A stretch of 64,000 nt of DNA from an uncultured SAR86 cluster bacterium (GCA_943789005.1 CALSSL010000003.1:67408-131407); one strand, 5' to 3'. Shown: positions 10,564 to 21,682, counted from the first letter of the stretch. Program-made: numbers and translations. The notes: generated by a model not told the origin, from the letters alone.

Positions 10564-11353
10564 TTAGAAGCCCTGACAGTGTTGAGCTAGGTGGTGTATT
10601 TGGAAGATTGTCTATATCGAACCATTTAGCATCAACGATTTCATGGCCGTCGACTTGAATTTCACCTGATTCATATTCACAAGTGTATGCAAGCATAAGC
10701 TGGCTTGGAAATGGCCATGACTGACTTCCAAAATATTTAATATTTGTAACTTTTAAACCAACTTCTTCATACACTTCTCTTTTAACCGTTTCTTCTGCAG
10801 TTTCAGAGACCTCTATAAACCCTGCTAAAGAACTATATAAGCCCTCAGGAAAAAGTGCATTTCTTGCAAGCAGGATCTGATTATCTTTTTTTATTAAAGC
10901 AAGTACGCATGGTGAAATAGTAGGATAAGTCATGATGTTATTACACTTACAAAACATAGCTTCTTCTTTTTCATGAAAAATCTTTAATGAGCCACAATAA
11001 CCACAATGGGTATTACTTTTTAGCCAATGCAATAATTGATTAGCCCTTCCAACCAAATTCATTTCAGCTTCATTTAAGGTTGACATTAAATGTCTTAGAT
11101 CATATTCAACAAGAGATGGATAACCTTGATCTGATAAATTAAATAACTCATCAGTAACATCAACAGCATAAATATTGATACCATTATCTTCAGCGATACC
11201 AATTTTTTTGAAATTATAATTAATAAAATTTAAAAAAGAAGAATTTAAAAGATAAGTCTTATCATTCAAGTCATAAATTACTTTATTATTATTAAAAATA
11301 ATGAATAGATTCGGAATATCGGGTTTAATGTTAAAAAATCTTTTAAAATGCAT
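10538..11353 (-). CDS. nudC: NADH pyrophosphatase (Nudix, zinc ribbon)
   Basis: 271 aa with CGYCGS...CKC zinc ribbon and Nudix box GFIEVSETAEETVKREVYEEVGL. 3' end overlaps rne by 26 nt. Confidence 0.85.
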   Translation of the reverse strand: MHFKRFFNIKPDIPNLFIIFNNNKVIYDLNDKTYLLNSSFLNFINYNFKKIGIAEDNGINIYAVDVTDELFNLSDQGYPSLVEYDLRHLMSTLNEAEMNLVGRANQLLHWLKSNTHCGYCGSLKIFHEKEEAMFCKCNNIMTYPTISPCVLALIKKDNQILLARNALFPEGLYSSLAGFIEVSETAEETVKREVYEEVGLKVTNIKYFGSQSWPFPSQLMLAYTCEYESGEIQVDGHEIVDAKWFDIDNLPNTPPSSTLSGLLINSYISGH

Positions 11354-11377
11354 ACAACTTATTAATTAAATTTATAT

Positions 11378-12889
11378 ATGATCAGCGTAATACAAAAACT
11401 GTTTTTAGGTAATTCACCAATTTGGTATAAGAAAACTATTGTAACTTTCTTATTAATTAATCCAATAGCTTTAATACTTTTTAATTCATTTGGCTTGAAT
11501 GGTAATTTTATTGTTGGTTGGATGCTATTACTTGAATTCATATTTACTCTAGCTTTAGCACTTAAATGCTACCCTCTTCAACCAGGAGGCCTTCTTGCTA
11601 TCCAAGCTATAGTTCTTGGTCTTACAACCACAAAAGGAATTTATTATGAAATTGAGCATAATCTTGAAGTAATTCTTCTTTTAATTTTTATGGTAGCTGG
11701 TATCTATTTCATGAAAAACTTAATGTTAGCAATATTTACAAAATTGCTACTCAAAGTTAATTCAAAGATAAACCTTTCATTAATGTTTTGTTTTTCAGCA
11801 GCCATTCTATCTGCTTTTCTTGATGCATTGACAGTGACTGCGGTTTTAATAGGTGTAACCATTGGTTTTTATAGGATCTATCATACTGTTTCATCTGGTA
11901 AAAATTTTAGTGATTTATCTCATAACTATAATGATAATTCTTCTTTAAGCAGTGTCAGCATAGAAGATTTAGAAAAATTTAAAGCATTCTTGAGAGATTT
12001 AGTAATGCATGGTGCAGTTGGTACTGCTCTTGGTGGAGTTTGTACTATTGTAGGTGAACCTCAAAACTTATTAATAGCCAAGGTTGCAGGATGGGAGTTT
12101 ATAGAATTTTTTATCAGGATGGCTCCCGTGACTATGCCTGTTTTTGTTGCAGGCTTATGTACATGCTATTTTATAGAAAAGTTTTCAATTGCTGGTTTTG
12201 GCAGTCAATTACCTGCAACTGTGAGAAATGTTTTTAATGATTTTGATAAATACGAAACTGAAAATACTACTTTAGAGCAAAAAACAGAATTATTTATCGA
12301 AATGTGTGTAGCTCTATTCCTTGTTCTTGCACTAGCATTTCATGTAGCTGCAGTTGGGCTAATTGGTTTAGCTGTGATAATTCTTCTTACTGCTTTTAAG
12401 GGAATAACCGAAGAACATAATCTTGGTGAAGCATTTCATGAAGCTCTTCCCTTTACAGCACTTTTAGCTGTATTTTTTGCAATAGTAAGCGTGATTAACG
12501 ACCAACAACTTTTTTTACCAGTTATTACCTATGTACTATCACAATCTTTAGAAGTCCAACCACCACTATTTTTTGTAGCAAACGGTTTTCTTTCTGCAAT
12601 TAGTGATAATGTCTTTGTAGCAACAATATACATAAACGAAGTTAAAGCTGCTCTTGATAGTGACGTTATTACTAGAGAGCAATTTGATCTTCTGGCTGTT
12701 GCAATAAATACAGGGACTAATATACCAAGTATAGCCACACCTAATGGACAGGCTGCATTTTTATTCTTATTAACCTCATCATTAGCACCTCTAATAAATC
12801 TTTCATATATGAGAATGGTACTGATGGCACTACCCTACACCATTGTGCTTTCAATAGTAGGATTTCTTTCTATTATCTATTTGTTGTAA
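11378..12889 (+). CDS. nhaB: Na+/H+ antiporter NhaB
   Basis: 503 aa, collinear with E. coli NhaB ([72 protein letters not shown]). Confidence 0.93.
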   Translation: MISVIQKLFLGNSPIWYKKTIVTFLLINPIALILFNSFGLNGNFIVGWMLLLEFIFTLALALKCYPLQPGGLLAIQAIVLGLTTTKGIYYEIEHNLEVILLLIFMVAGIYFMKNLMLAIFTKLLLKVNSKINLSLMFCFSAAILSAFLDALTVTAVLIGVTIGFYRIYHTVSSGKNFSDLSHNYNDNSSLSSVSIEDLEKFKAFLRDLVMHGAVGTALGGVCTIVGEPQNLLIAKVAGWEFIEFFIRMAPVTMPVFVAGLCTCYFIEKFSIAGFGSQLPATVRNVFNDFDKYETENTTLEQKTELFIEMCVALFLVLALAFHVAAVGLIGLAVIILLTAFKGITEEHNLGEAFHEALPFTALLAVFFAIVSVINDQQLFLPVITYVLSQSLEVQPPLFFVANGFLSAISDNVFVATIYINEVKAALDSDVITREQFDLLAVAINTGTNIPSIATPNGQAAFLFLLTSSLAPLINLSYMRMVLMALPYTIVLSIVGFLSIIYLL

Positions 12890-12891
12890 TA

Positions 12892-13863
12892 ATGTCTTAT
12901 TCGGATTCTCATAAGGCATCGATTGCTCCAATGATGCAGTATACAGACATGCATGACAGATATTTGTTGAGACTAATTTCAAAAAAAGTGTTTCTCTATA
13001 CTGAGATGGTCACAACAGGAGCTATTTTATATGGCAAATGCTTTCATCAATTAGAATTTAATCAAGAAGAGCATCCCGTAGCTGTTCAGCTTGGCGGTTC
13101 AGACATTAATGATCTAGTTGAATCCTCAAAAATTGCAGAAGATTATGGATATGATGAAATAAATCTTAATGTCGGATGCCCGTCTGATCGAGTGCAAAAA
13201 GGAAGATTTGGTGCATGTTTAATGCTTGAACCAAATCATGTTGCTGAATGTCTAAGTGCAATGCAAAATAATGTTTCCATTCCAGTTTCAATCAAATGCA
13301 GACTTGGAATTGATGATCATGAAGAATATGAATTTTTATATAATTTTGTCGAGATAGTTAAAAACTCTGGAATTAATCATTTTATTATTCATGCTAGGAA
13401 CGGAATCTTAAAAGGCTTGAGCCCAAGACAAAACAGACATATACCACCATTGAAATATGATTATGTCTATCAATTAAAAAAAGACTTTCCTGAGCTAGAT
13501 ATAGTTATTAATGGTGGTATAAAAACTATTACTGATTGCCATGAGCATTTAAGGCATGTCGATGGAGTTATGATTGGAAGAGCTGCTTATGAAAATCCAT
13601 TTTTAATTCAAGACATAGATGCTCAAATATATGGAGAACCTGAGTCCAAAAAATCAAAAAAAATAATACTAAATCAATATTTAGATTATGTAGAAGATAA
13701 GCTTAATCAAGGCCATGACCTCTCAAGAATGATGAAACATCTTTTTGGGCTATCAAGAGGTGATAAGTATGCTAAAACTTTTAGAATAAAAATCTTAGAA
13801 GTAATCAAAAAAGAATCAATTGGAGCTCACAGACAAGAATTAGAAGATTTATTGTTCTATTAA
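12892..13863 (+). CDS. dusA: tRNA-dihydrouridine synthase A
   Basis: 323 aa with IAPMMQYTDMHDRY, INLNVGCPSDRV and KCRLG. Confidence 0.9.
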   Translation: MSYSDSHKASIAPMMQYTDMHDRYLLRLISKKVFLYTEMVTTGAILYGKCFHQLEFNQEEHPVAVQLGGSDINDLVESSKIAEDYGYDEINLNVGCPSDRVQKGRFGACLMLEPNHVAECLSAMQNNVSIPVSIKCRLGIDDHEEYEFLYNFVEIVKNSGINHFIIHARNGILKGLSPRQNRHIPPLKYDYVYQLKKDFPELDIVINGGIKTITDCHEHLRHVDGVMIGRAAYENPFLIQDIDAQIYGEPESKKSKKIILNQYLDYVEDKLNQGHDLSRMMKHLFGLSRGDKYAKTFRIKILEVIKKESIGAHRQELEDLLFY

Positions 13864-14547
13864 TAAATCATCCATATCGTCTATAAACTCATCCTCAACA
13901 TCAACACCATCATTAATTTCATAATTCATATACTGAAAATATGAATCTCTAACAAAGTTATATCTATCACCATATATCAAAGACTCTATTTCTAATAGTC
14001 TTTCTCTAGTCTCTAGCGCGTCCATTCCTTTAAGTGCTAAATTTACATCCGACTCTGTCATATGGAATGTAACCGATAAGAAAGATGAAAAAGGTCGAGC
14101 CAATGTATCTCGCAAGGTTGATGGACCCAACCCAGGTAACATTATATAAGGACCTGACGGAACACCCCATAGAGCAAGCGTTTGATCAAACTCTTCCTCA
14201 TGTCGAGTTAATCCTATTTTTGTTGCAACATCTAAAAAGCCACCAAGTCCAATGGTGCTATTAATTATAAATCTTGAAAAATCATTAATAGCTAACTTTG
14301 GTTTACCTTGAAGAATTTGGTTAACAGAAGTTTCAATCTCTTCTAAATTGTCAAAAAAATTAGAAATACCTTTTTTAATAGGTTTGGGAGTTTTTGAATA
14401 TGTTAGAGCCACAGGCTTTAAAAAATTATTATCTAAAGATTCATTAAATTTAAAAGTAATACGATTAATGTCTTCAAAAGGGTCATTAATATCCTCAGCA
14501 TGAATTAAGGAAACGCTTAAAAAGGAGACTAATAAAATACGAAACAT
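13849..14547 (-). CDS. mlaA: MlaA/VacJ family outer-membrane lipid asymmetry protein
   Basis: 232 aa with DPFEDINRITFKFN and GPYIMLPGLGPSTLRD. Has a signal peptide but no lipobox Cys. Confidence 0.85.
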   Translation of the reverse strand: MFRILLVSFLSVSLIHAEDINDPFEDINRITFKFNESLDNNFLKPVALTYSKTPKPIKKGISNFFDNLEEIETSVNQILQGKPKLAINDFSRFIINSTIGLGGFLDVATKIGLTRHEEEFDQTLALWGVPSGPYIMLPGLGPSTLRDTLARPFSSFLSVTFHMTESDVNLALKGMDALETRERLLEIESLIYGDRYNFVRDSYFQYMNYEINDGVDVEDEFIDDMDDLLIEQ

Positions 14548-14566
14548 AGAATAATTATACTAGTGA

Positions 14567-15247
14567 TTAAAGAATGGAGGCTAAATCCTTAATAGAATCG
14601 TGTATCTTTTTTGGATTAAATTCATAAATTGATTCATTAAAATCTATTGATGCCAATTTTTTAATATTCAGATCATCAATGAGTTTAAAGTCATATGATA
14701 TTTTTTTATTTGAAATATTATTCTCTACATAACCTAATATATTTATATCTAATTTATTAAATACCTCTACAGACTTGATTAAGTCATGGACTGCTAATTT
14801 ATTTGGAGTTGTGATCAATAAGGAATTGTCAGGTTTGATTTCAGAGCTAATGGTCAAATAAGCATCGCCTGTTCCTGGAGGCATATCTATAAATAAATAA
14901 TCTAAGTCACCCCAATCTGTTGAGTGAATTAATTGTTTAATAGCCCCACTTAGCATTGGGCCTCTCCATAAAGCAGCTTTATCTGAATCAAGAATAAAAC
15001 CCATTGAATTAAGTTTTACGTTATGAGAAATTATTGGCTTAAAATATTTTTTGCCATCTATCTGAATAATTTCTGGTTTAATATTTTCTATACCGAAGAG
15101 TAGATGTTGGTTTGGGCCATAGATATCTGCATCAAGAACCCCGACTTGAAAACTTTTTGCTTTTTCAATTGCAATCGCAGCTGTTAGAGAGCTCTTACCA
15201 ACTCCTCCCTTTGCAGAAGCAACAGCGATTATTTTCTTTATAGCCAT
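14567..15247 (-). CDS. apbC: Fe-S cluster carrier ATPase (Mrp/ApbC, short form)
   Basis: MAIKKIIAVASAKGGVGKSS deviant Walker A. Divergent from metG as in E. coli. I chose ATG 15247; the tracked ORF starts at an upstream TTG that overlaps metG. Confidence 0.85.
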   Translation of the reverse strand: MAIKKIIAVASAKGGVGKSSLTAAIAIEKAKSFQVGVLDADIYGPNQHLLFGIENIKPEIIQIDGKKYFKPIISHNVKLNSMGFILDSDKAALWRGPMLSGAIKQLIHSTDWGDLDYLFIDMPPGTGDAYLTISSEIKPDNSLLITTPNKLAVHDLIKSVEVFNKLDINILGYVENNISNKKISYDFKLIDDLNIKKLASIDFNESIYEFNPKKIHDSIKDLASIL

Positions 15248-15282
15248 ATGGTTTGTTTTTTCACATATAATACAGGTTATAT

Positions 15283-17241
15283 ATGAGCTCAACTACAAAT
15301 AAAACAAGAAAAATTATAGTGACCCAAGCTTTGCCATATGCAAATGCTTCGCTTCATCTTGGCCATATTTTGGAAGCAGTTCAAACTGATATATGGTCAA
15401 GGTTTCAAAACAAATCTGGTAATGAGTGTTTGTTTTTCTGTGCTGATGATACGCATGGAACCCCAGTTATGCTAAAAGCTAAAGAATTAGGCATATCTCC
15501 AGAGGATTTGATTAAAGATGTTCAAAGGGATCATGAAGAGACCTATAAGCTTTATGATATTAATTTTACAAATTATCACACAACACATTCAGATGAGAAT
15601 AAAAAATATTCTGAAAAAATTTACTTAAAAGCTAAAGAAAATAACTTAATTACAAGAAAAACTATCAATCAGTTATTTGATGAAGCTGAATCTATGTTTC
15701 TTTCAGATAGATTTGTAAAAGGTACCTGCCCTAAATGCGAAGCTTCAGATCAATATGGAGATGGATGCACTAAATGCGGGGCCACATATGATGTTAGTGA
15801 ACTTAAAGATCCTGTATCTGCGATATCAGGTACAAAACCTATAAACAAAGAAAGTGAGCATGTATTTTTTGATCTGCCCAAAAAATTAGATGTTTTAAAG
15901 AATTTCTTGGCTTCAGCTGATCTTCAAAAACCTATTACCAATAAGCTCAGTGAATGGCTTAACGATGACCTGCATCAATGGGATATATCGAGAGATGCTC
16001 CATATTTTGGCTTTAAAATACCAGAAGAAGAGGATAAATACTTTTATGTATGGCTTGATGCCCCAATAGGATATATAGCATCTATAGATAATTGGGCTAC
16101 AAAAAATAATAAAGATATGGACTCTTTATGGTCTGCTGATTCAGATTATGAAATTTATCACTTTATTGGAAAAGATATTTCTTATTTCCATGGTTTATTT
16201 TGGCCTGCTTTATTAAGTGGGTCCGATTTAAAACTACCAAACGGAATATATGTTCATGGTTTTTTAACCATTAATGGTGAAAAAATGTCTAAATCTAAGG
16301 GCACAGGAATACTGGCAAAAGAATTTGCTGATCTTTGTGATCCTGAAACATTAAGGTACTATTTTGCAGCCAAACTAAATGACAAGGTTGAAGACATAGA
16401 TTTAAATTTTGAAGATTATGTTAAAAGAATAAATTCAGATTTAGTTGGTAAATACTTAAATATAGCTAGCAGATGTTCTTCATTTATAGAAAAGAATTCA
16501 AACGCCCTTTCAAGTACTTTTGATAATGAGCTTATAGAAAAAGCAATTAACCAAAAAGAAGCTATAGAAGCATGTTTTGAATCTAGAAACTACTCTAAGG
16601 CTGTTAGATTAATAATGGATATTGCTGATTTAACAAATAAATATATAAATGACAATACGCCATGGAAAAAAGATATCGACGAAGCTGCTCAAATTGCAAC
16701 AACTGCCTTAAATGTTTTTAATATTTTATCAATCTACCTGAGTCCTATTATTCCAAATATAACCAAAGAAGCTTTTAAGTTTTTAAATCAAGAAAAGCAA
16801 TCATTTAATGATATTGAATTATATTTAAAAAATAATATTAATAAGTACAAACCTTTATTGAAAAGACTTGAACCTATTGTAATCCCAGAGGAAAAACCAA
16901 TGAGTGAAGAAGAAAATTATATAAATATTGATCAGTTTGCTGATATTGATTTAAGAGTTGCAAAAATTAAAAACGCTTCTCACGTTGATGGTGCTGACAA
17001 ACTTTTACAACTTACTTTAGATGTTGGCGATCTTGGTGAAAGAAATGTCTTTGCAGGTATTAAAAAAGCTTACGACCCCGAAAGCATTGTAGGTAAAATG
17101 GTAATTTTAGTAAGTAATTTGGCACCAAGACAGATGAAATTTGGTCTTTCAGAGGGTATGGTTTTAGCATCTAGTGATGACGAAGGAATATATCTCATCT
17201 CACCAGATTCCGGTGCTACTCCAGGCTTAAGAGTAAAATAA
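15283..17241 (+). CDS. metG: Methionyl-tRNA synthetase with C-terminal tRNA-binding domain
   Basis: 652 aa with HLGH (HIGH-type), KMSKS, zinc knuckle [18 protein letters not shown], and an EMAP/Trbp111-like C-terminus. Confidence 0.97.
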   Translation: MSSTTNKTRKIIVTQALPYANASLHLGHILEAVQTDIWSRFQNKSGNECLFFCADDTHGTPVMLKAKELGISPEDLIKDVQRDHEETYKLYDINFTNYHTTHSDENKKYSEKIYLKAKENNLITRKTINQLFDEAESMFLSDRFVKGTCPKCEASDQYGDGCTKCGATYDVSELKDPVSAISGTKPINKESEHVFFDLPKKLDVLKNFLASADLQKPITNKLSEWLNDDLHQWDISRDAPYFGFKIPEEEDKYFYVWLDAPIGYIASIDNWATKNNKDMDSLWSADSDYEIYHFIGKDISYFHGLFWPALLSGSDLKLPNGIYVHGFLTINGEKMSKSKGTGILAKEFADLCDPETLRYYFAAKLNDKVEDIDLNFEDYVKRINSDLVGKYLNIASRCSSFIEKNSNALSSTFDNELIEKAINQKEAIEACFESRNYSKAVRLIMDIADLTNKYINDNTPWKKDIDEAAQIATTALNVFNILSIYLSPIIPNITKEAFKFLNQEKQSFNDIELYLKNNINKYKPLLKRLEPIVIPEEKPMSEEENYINIDQFADIDLRVAKIKNASHVDGADKLLQLTLDVGDLGERNVFAGIKKAYDPESIVGKMVILVSNLAPRQMKFGLSEGMVLASSDDEGIYLISPDSGATPGLRVK

Positions 17242-18284
17242 TGGCAAAAGAAGTAGATATTGTAGTAATTGGAGCAGGACCTGTAGGCCTCTTTACTGTA
17301 TTTGAGGCAGGCTTGCTAGGATTAAATTGTGTTCTTATAGATAACTTAGATAAGCCTGGTGGCCAATGTGCTGAACTTTATCCAGAAAAACCAATTTATG
17401 ATATTCCAGGAGTGCCATTTCAAACAGCTCAAGAGCATGTTGATGCTCTGCTTAAACAGATTGAGCCATTTAATTATGAACTAGTTTTAAATGAAAGAGT
17501 TGAGCTAATAAATGAAATTGATCATGAGGATAGTAAGTTTTGGGAAATAGAAACAAACGAATCTACTAAATTTATTACAAAAAATATCTTTATAGCTGCA
17601 GGTGCTGGCTCTTTTGAACCAAGAAGACCTGCTAACATTAGTGAGCCAGATAAATTTTTAAATAAAGGTGTTACTTATGCTGTTCGATCAAAATCTTTAT
17701 ATGAAAATAAAGATATCTTTATATTTGGTGGTGGTGATTCTGCTTTAGATTGGACAATAGATCTTGCAGAAAAAGCCAAAAGTCTCTCGCTTGTTCATAG
17801 AAGAGATGTATTTAGAGGCGCCCTTCACTCTGAAGAAAAGATGAGAGAACTTGTAGCTTCTGGAAAAGTTAAACTTTTGACTCCTTATCTTATTGATGGC
17901 ATTGAGGGGTCAGATAAAGTTCAGGGTGTCACTCTGAAAAATTTTGATACCAATGAAATTGAGCATCATAGTGCTGATGAATTGCTCTTCTTATTTGGTC
18001 TTAATAAAAAACTAGGTCCTATTCTTGAATGGAATCTTGATTTAAGTGGTAAAAAAATATCAGTAAATACTGAAAACTATCAAACATCTGTGGAAGGGAT
18101 TTTTGCTGTTGGTGATATCAACGACTATCCAGGTAAATTAGATCTTATTCTATCTGGTTTCCATGAGACCACTCTTGCAGTTCAAGAAGCCTACAAAAGA
18201 ATCTATCCAGGTGAAAGAGTTCCCTTTGGTTACACAACTTCCAATTCGAAACTTCAAGAGAAACTAGGCGTTAAAGAAAAATAA
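17241..18284 (+). CDS. Ferredoxin-NADP+ reductase, thioredoxin-reductase-like type
   Basis: 347 aa with VVIGAGPVGLF, PGGQCAELYPEKPIYDIPG and GGGDSALDW. The ATG overlaps the metG stop (TAATG). Confidence 0.8.
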   Translation: MAKEVDIVVIGAGPVGLFTVFEAGLLGLNCVLIDNLDKPGGQCAELYPEKPIYDIPGVPFQTAQEHVDALLKQIEPFNYELVLNERVELINEIDHEDSKFWEIETNESTKFITKNIFIAAGAGSFEPRRPANISEPDKFLNKGVTYAVRSKSLYENKDIFIFGGGDSALDWTIDLAEKAKSLSLVHRRDVFRGALHSEEKMRELVASGKVKLLTPYLIDGIEGSDKVQGVTLKNFDTNEIEHHSADELLFLFGLNKKLGPILEWNLDLSGKKISVNTENYQTSVEGIFAVGDINDYPGKLDLILSGFHETTLAVQEAYKRIYPGERVPFGYTTSNSKLQEKLGVKEK

Positions 18285-18286
18285 AA

Positions 18287-18958
18287 TTGGAATTAATTAA
18301 CCTTATACATAAAGAATTACCTCAGATTCAATGTGGTAGATGCGATACACCTGGCTGCATGCAGTATGCTCAAGCAATAGTTGACGGTAATCCTCATGAT
18401 AGATGTGTTCCTGGTGGGCAAGAAACTCTTAATAAATTAAATCAGTTACTTGATAAAAAAATTTCTAAAGTAAATTTAGATTATGGTCCGACTATCAATA
18501 GTCAAAAAGTGACTATTGTTGAGGACGAATGCATTGGATGTAAAAAATGTATAGATGCATGTCCAGTTGATGCAATTGTTGGATCAGCCAATATGATGCA
18601 TTCAATTATTGATGATATATGTACAGGTTGTGAATTATGTATTGAGCCATGCCCTGTAGACTGCATAGAAATTGTTTCAGTACCTGAAGATCAAATAAAA
18701 CAACAAAGAGATTCGTCTCAATTTTTTTATAATTTAAAAGAAACTACAAATACTAAAAAAAGATCAAAGCTAAAAAATTTTTCGAATGAAAATTTAAATA
18801 TTAGCAAATTTATAAATAATCAAATTGAGAATAGAGGTATCAACAAATCAGAAAATCTTAATGATATGCAAGTTAATATTACAAAAAATGATTTACAAAA
18901 CTTACATAAGTTTGATGAAAGTTTGCTAGAAAATTTTGTTAAAAATAAATCTGACTAA
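18287..18958 (+). CDS. RnfB/RsxB-like Fe-S protein lacking the membrane anchor (TTG start)
   Basis: 223 aa with LPQIQCGRCDTPGCMQYAQAI..CVPGG and two 4Fe-4S motifs (CIGCKKCIDACP, CTGCELCIEPCP). N/K-rich tail. Confidence 0.75.
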   Translation: MELINLIHKELPQIQCGRCDTPGCMQYAQAIVDGNPHDRCVPGGQETLNKLNQLLDKKISKVNLDYGPTINSQKVTIVEDECIGCKKCIDACPVDAIVGSANMMHSIIDDICTGCELCIEPCPVDCIEIVSVPEDQIKQQRDSSQFFYNLKETTNTKKRSKLKNFSNENLNISKFINNQIENRGINKSENLNDMQVNITKNDLQNLHKFDESLLENFVKNKSD

Positions 18959-19545
18959 TGTTAAAAGATAGATTTAGAAAATATTTACCAGTTGTCGTAG
19001 ATCTTGAAACAGGAGGCTTTGATTCTAAAGCAAATGCAATTTTAGAAATAGCTATAACACTAATAGAAGAAGAAAATGATGAGCTGTTGGTTGGAGAAAC
19101 ATTTAGATATCATCTCAACCCTTTTGAAGGGACTGTAGTTGAGGATGAGTCATTAGAATTTACAAAAATTAAACTTGGTCATCCTTTAAGGAATGCGGTT
19201 GAAGAAGAATATGCCTTAAAAGAACTGTTTAAAATTATTAATAAAACTAAAAATAAATACGAGTGCTCTAGAGCTATATTAGTTGGTCATAACGCTCATT
19301 TTGATAATTCATTTTTAAATGCGGCAGTTAAAAGAAATAATATTAAAAGATCCCCTTTTCATCCATTTTCTGTATTAGATACAGTTACCTTAGGTGCTTT
19401 AGCTACAAACCAAACAGTACTAGCTAGAATATGTGAATCTTTAAAGATTGATTATGATTCAAAGGAAGCTCACTCAGCTGCATATGACTCTGATGTTACT
19501 GCTAAAGTCTTTTGTAAAATAATAAATGACTTTAATAAAAATTAG
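18958..19545 (+). CDS. rnt: Ribonuclease T
   Basis: 195 aa DEDDh exonuclease (VVVDLETGGFD, GHNAHFDNSFL, HSAAYDS), next to grxD as in E. coli. Confidence 0.9.
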   Translation: MLKDRFRKYLPVVVDLETGGFDSKANAILEIAITLIEEENDELLVGETFRYHLNPFEGTVVEDESLEFTKIKLGHPLRNAVEEEYALKELFKIINKTKNKYECSRAILVGHNAHFDNSFLNAAVKRNNIKRSPFHPFSVLDTVTLGALATNQTVLARICESLKIDYDSKEAHSAAYDSDVTAKVFCKIINDFNKN

Positions 19546-19853
19546 CTAGCGTCATCAATTGCTTTCTGTAAGTCTCCTGACTCATGCATTTGGGTAACAA
19601 TATCTGCACCACCAATTAACTCACCCTTGATGAAGACTTGAGGGAAAGTTGGCCAATCTGATACAGATGGTAAAGTTGTTCTAACATCATTATTTTCTAT
19701 GACATCAACATATGAAAATTTTGCATCACATTCGATCAATGCTTGAACTGTTTTTGCAGAAAAACCACATTGAGGCTCATAAGGTGTGCCCTTCATATAA
19801 ATTAAAATATCATTCTCTTTGATTTGTTGCTTTAATTTTTCTTCGATTGTCAT
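19542..19853 (-). CDS. grxD: Monothiol glutaredoxin (Grx4 family)
   Basis: 103 aa with CGFS active site and WPTFPQVFIKGELIGG. Confidence 0.95.
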   Translation of the reverse strand: MTIEEKLKQQIKENDILIYMKGTPYEPQCGFSAKTVQALIECDAKFSYVDVIENNDVRTTLPSVSDWPTFPQVFIKGELIGGADIVTQMHESGDLQKAIDDAS

Positions 19854-19855
19854 AT

Positions 19856-20622
19856 TTATCCCTTAATAACTTCTATATACCTCTTTATAGTGTCTTCAAA
19901 GCCATAATTCAAGGCATCAACTACAATTGCATGACCAATAGATACTTCATTTACACCACCAATACTTACTAAATGAGGTAGGTTAATTAAATTCAAATCA
20001 TGTCCTGCATTAACCATTAAATCTTTATCTTTTGCTCCATAAATTAATTCTTCTAATTTGGTGTTTATAGTAAGATCATTTAAATCAATTAACTTTGCAA
20101 ATTCACCGGTGTGAATTTCAATAGTGTTGGCTCCAACTTTAAGTGCGTAATCTATAGAATCTAAATTTGTATTATTATTTTTTAAATTATCTACAAACAA
20201 ACTGATTGATGTATTTTTACAAAGACTATTTAAATTCTTTATTACGTTAATTAGATTATCATCATGATCGCCACTCTCCCATCCATGATCTGAAGTTATC
20301 TGATTGGGAAGGTCTGGAACAAGGGTTGCTTGGTCTGGCTGACATGCATTTACCAAGTTTACATAGCCCTGAAAAGGATCTGCAGGCTCAGAAAATGGAT
20401 TGCCTTCAATATTGAACTCCACATCTCTTTCTTTACATATTTTACCCAAAGAAATCACATCTTCGCTTGTTGCATGCCTGTGATCCGGCCTTGGGTGTAA
20501 AGTGAGACCATCAACACCAAGATCAATTGCTTTGATTGCATAATCCTCTAATGAAGGATTATTTTCTCCCCTAGCATTTCTTAACTAAAGCTATTTTATT
20601 TAAGATTTAAGCTAAATTTCAT
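19856..20622 (-). pseudogene. pdxJ: Pyridoxine 5'-phosphate synthase with two +1 A insertions near the 5' end (or assembly indels)
   Basis: ORF 19856..20458 is the PdxJ body (GANTIEIHTG, NAGHDLN, NEVSIGHAIV). Hand translation upstream gives MKFSLNL / NKIALV / RNARGENNPSLEDYAIKAIDLGVDGLTLHPRPDHRH in three successive frames from ATG 20622. Confidence 0.8.
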
Positions 20623-20637
20623 ATTCATGATTATAAA

Positions 20638-21421
20638 TTATAAGTAAATGAGCTGAACGGTATACAAGTCGTCTTCTTTGTTTACAATTAAGTCATATGC
20701 ATCATTTTTTACGGAATAATTTGTTCTATCAAAACCCTCTAATAATCACTATTGGTTTCATCCATCATTGCCTTGACCCATCAATAACCCTGCAGCAGCA
20801 GCTAACTCATCAGCAATAGCAATCTCAGTAGCATGCAATGTATTTCCATAAATATCTTTCTCACCCTTTAAATCTATAAGACTTTGAATATTTGAACTGG
20901 CTAATGCAAAATTCGTAACTCCAGATCTATATGGCCTAGTCATAGAGTCTGTAATAATTACAGAAATATCTTTACTATCTGTGTATATATTTGATGAAAT
21001 ATCATTTGCACTTTTTGTATTGGATCTTCTGGAAGCAAAAGTACTAAATTTTTATTTTCTGGAATATTAGAACGATCAATGCCAGCATTAATATTTATAA
21101 ATCCAAGTTTATGCTCAACAATAATTACATTTTTTTCTGTACTAATATTTCATTAGATTCATTTAATATTAATTGAATAAATGCTGGATCTCTATTTAAA
21201 CTATTTCCTAAATTTATAGCCTTTTTGAGAGGATTAATTTCTAATAAATTTTTATACCTATTTTCAGATTTTGAAACCACTTTTTGTGCAATATAGTATC
21301 ATCATCTCCATCATCAATATAATTCATTATGTTTGAAGATTCTAAAATAATTGAACTTAAGTTATCTCCTGGCTGAATTAAGCGGAAATTCCTTTAATGC
21401 TTGTATAGTAAGATTGTCCAT
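20638..21421 (-). pseudogene. CofE-like (F420-0:gamma-glutamyl ligase family, COG1478) gene with at least 5 frameshifts
   Basis: Hand translation gives family-typical pieces in shifting frames: MDNLTIQALKEFPL / IQPGDNLSSIILES / IAQKVVSKSENRYKNLLEINP..DPAFIQLILNESNEIL / NVIIVEHKLGFININAGIDRSNIP..LLLPEDP / VIITDSMTRPYRSGV..IADELAAAAGLLMGQ / KPIVIIRGF. Tracked ORF 20758..20943 is one fragment. Confidence 0.65.
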
Positions 21422-21428
21422 TGATTTA

Positions 21429-21449
21429 ATCGCATATCTTATATGCGAT
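21429..21449. promoter_or_regulatory. 9-bp perfect inverted repeat ATCGCATAT-CTT-ATATGCGAT in a divergent promoter region
   Basis: Seen directly. Lies between the cofE-like start (21421) and the ycaR-like start (21499), with a TATAAT about 12 nt downstream. Confidence 0.4.
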
Positions 21450-21498
21450 AACAATAACATATATAATCTAAATAAATCCTAATGTATACTTCAAAAAT

Positions 21499-21669
21499 AT
21501 GACCATTTTAGATCAAAAATTACTAGATATATTAGTATGTCCTGTTTCAAAAAAACCTCTTGAGTATGATAAAGAGGCTAATGAACTTATTTCAACTGAA
21601 GCTGGGCTAGCTTATCCTGTTAAAGATGGAATACCTGTAATGCTTCCTGAGGAAGCCCGTAAAATTTAA
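21499..21669 (+). CDS. ycaR: Trm112/YcaR family small protein (UPF0434)
   Basis: 56-aa ORF below the track cutoff: [56 protein letters not shown], collinear with E. coli YcaR. Confidence 0.8.
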   Translation: MTILDQKLLDILVCPVSKKPLEYDKEANELISTEAGLAYPVKDGIPVMLPEEARKI

Positions 21670-21682
21670 GAATACTAATTAT

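Noticed and set aside
20758-20943. I expected phoU downstream of pstB and considered this 61-aa ORF as a phoU fragment
   Set aside because: Translation of the whole 20638..21421 region gives CofE-like (COG1478) motifs, not PhoU. No phoU is present in the window.
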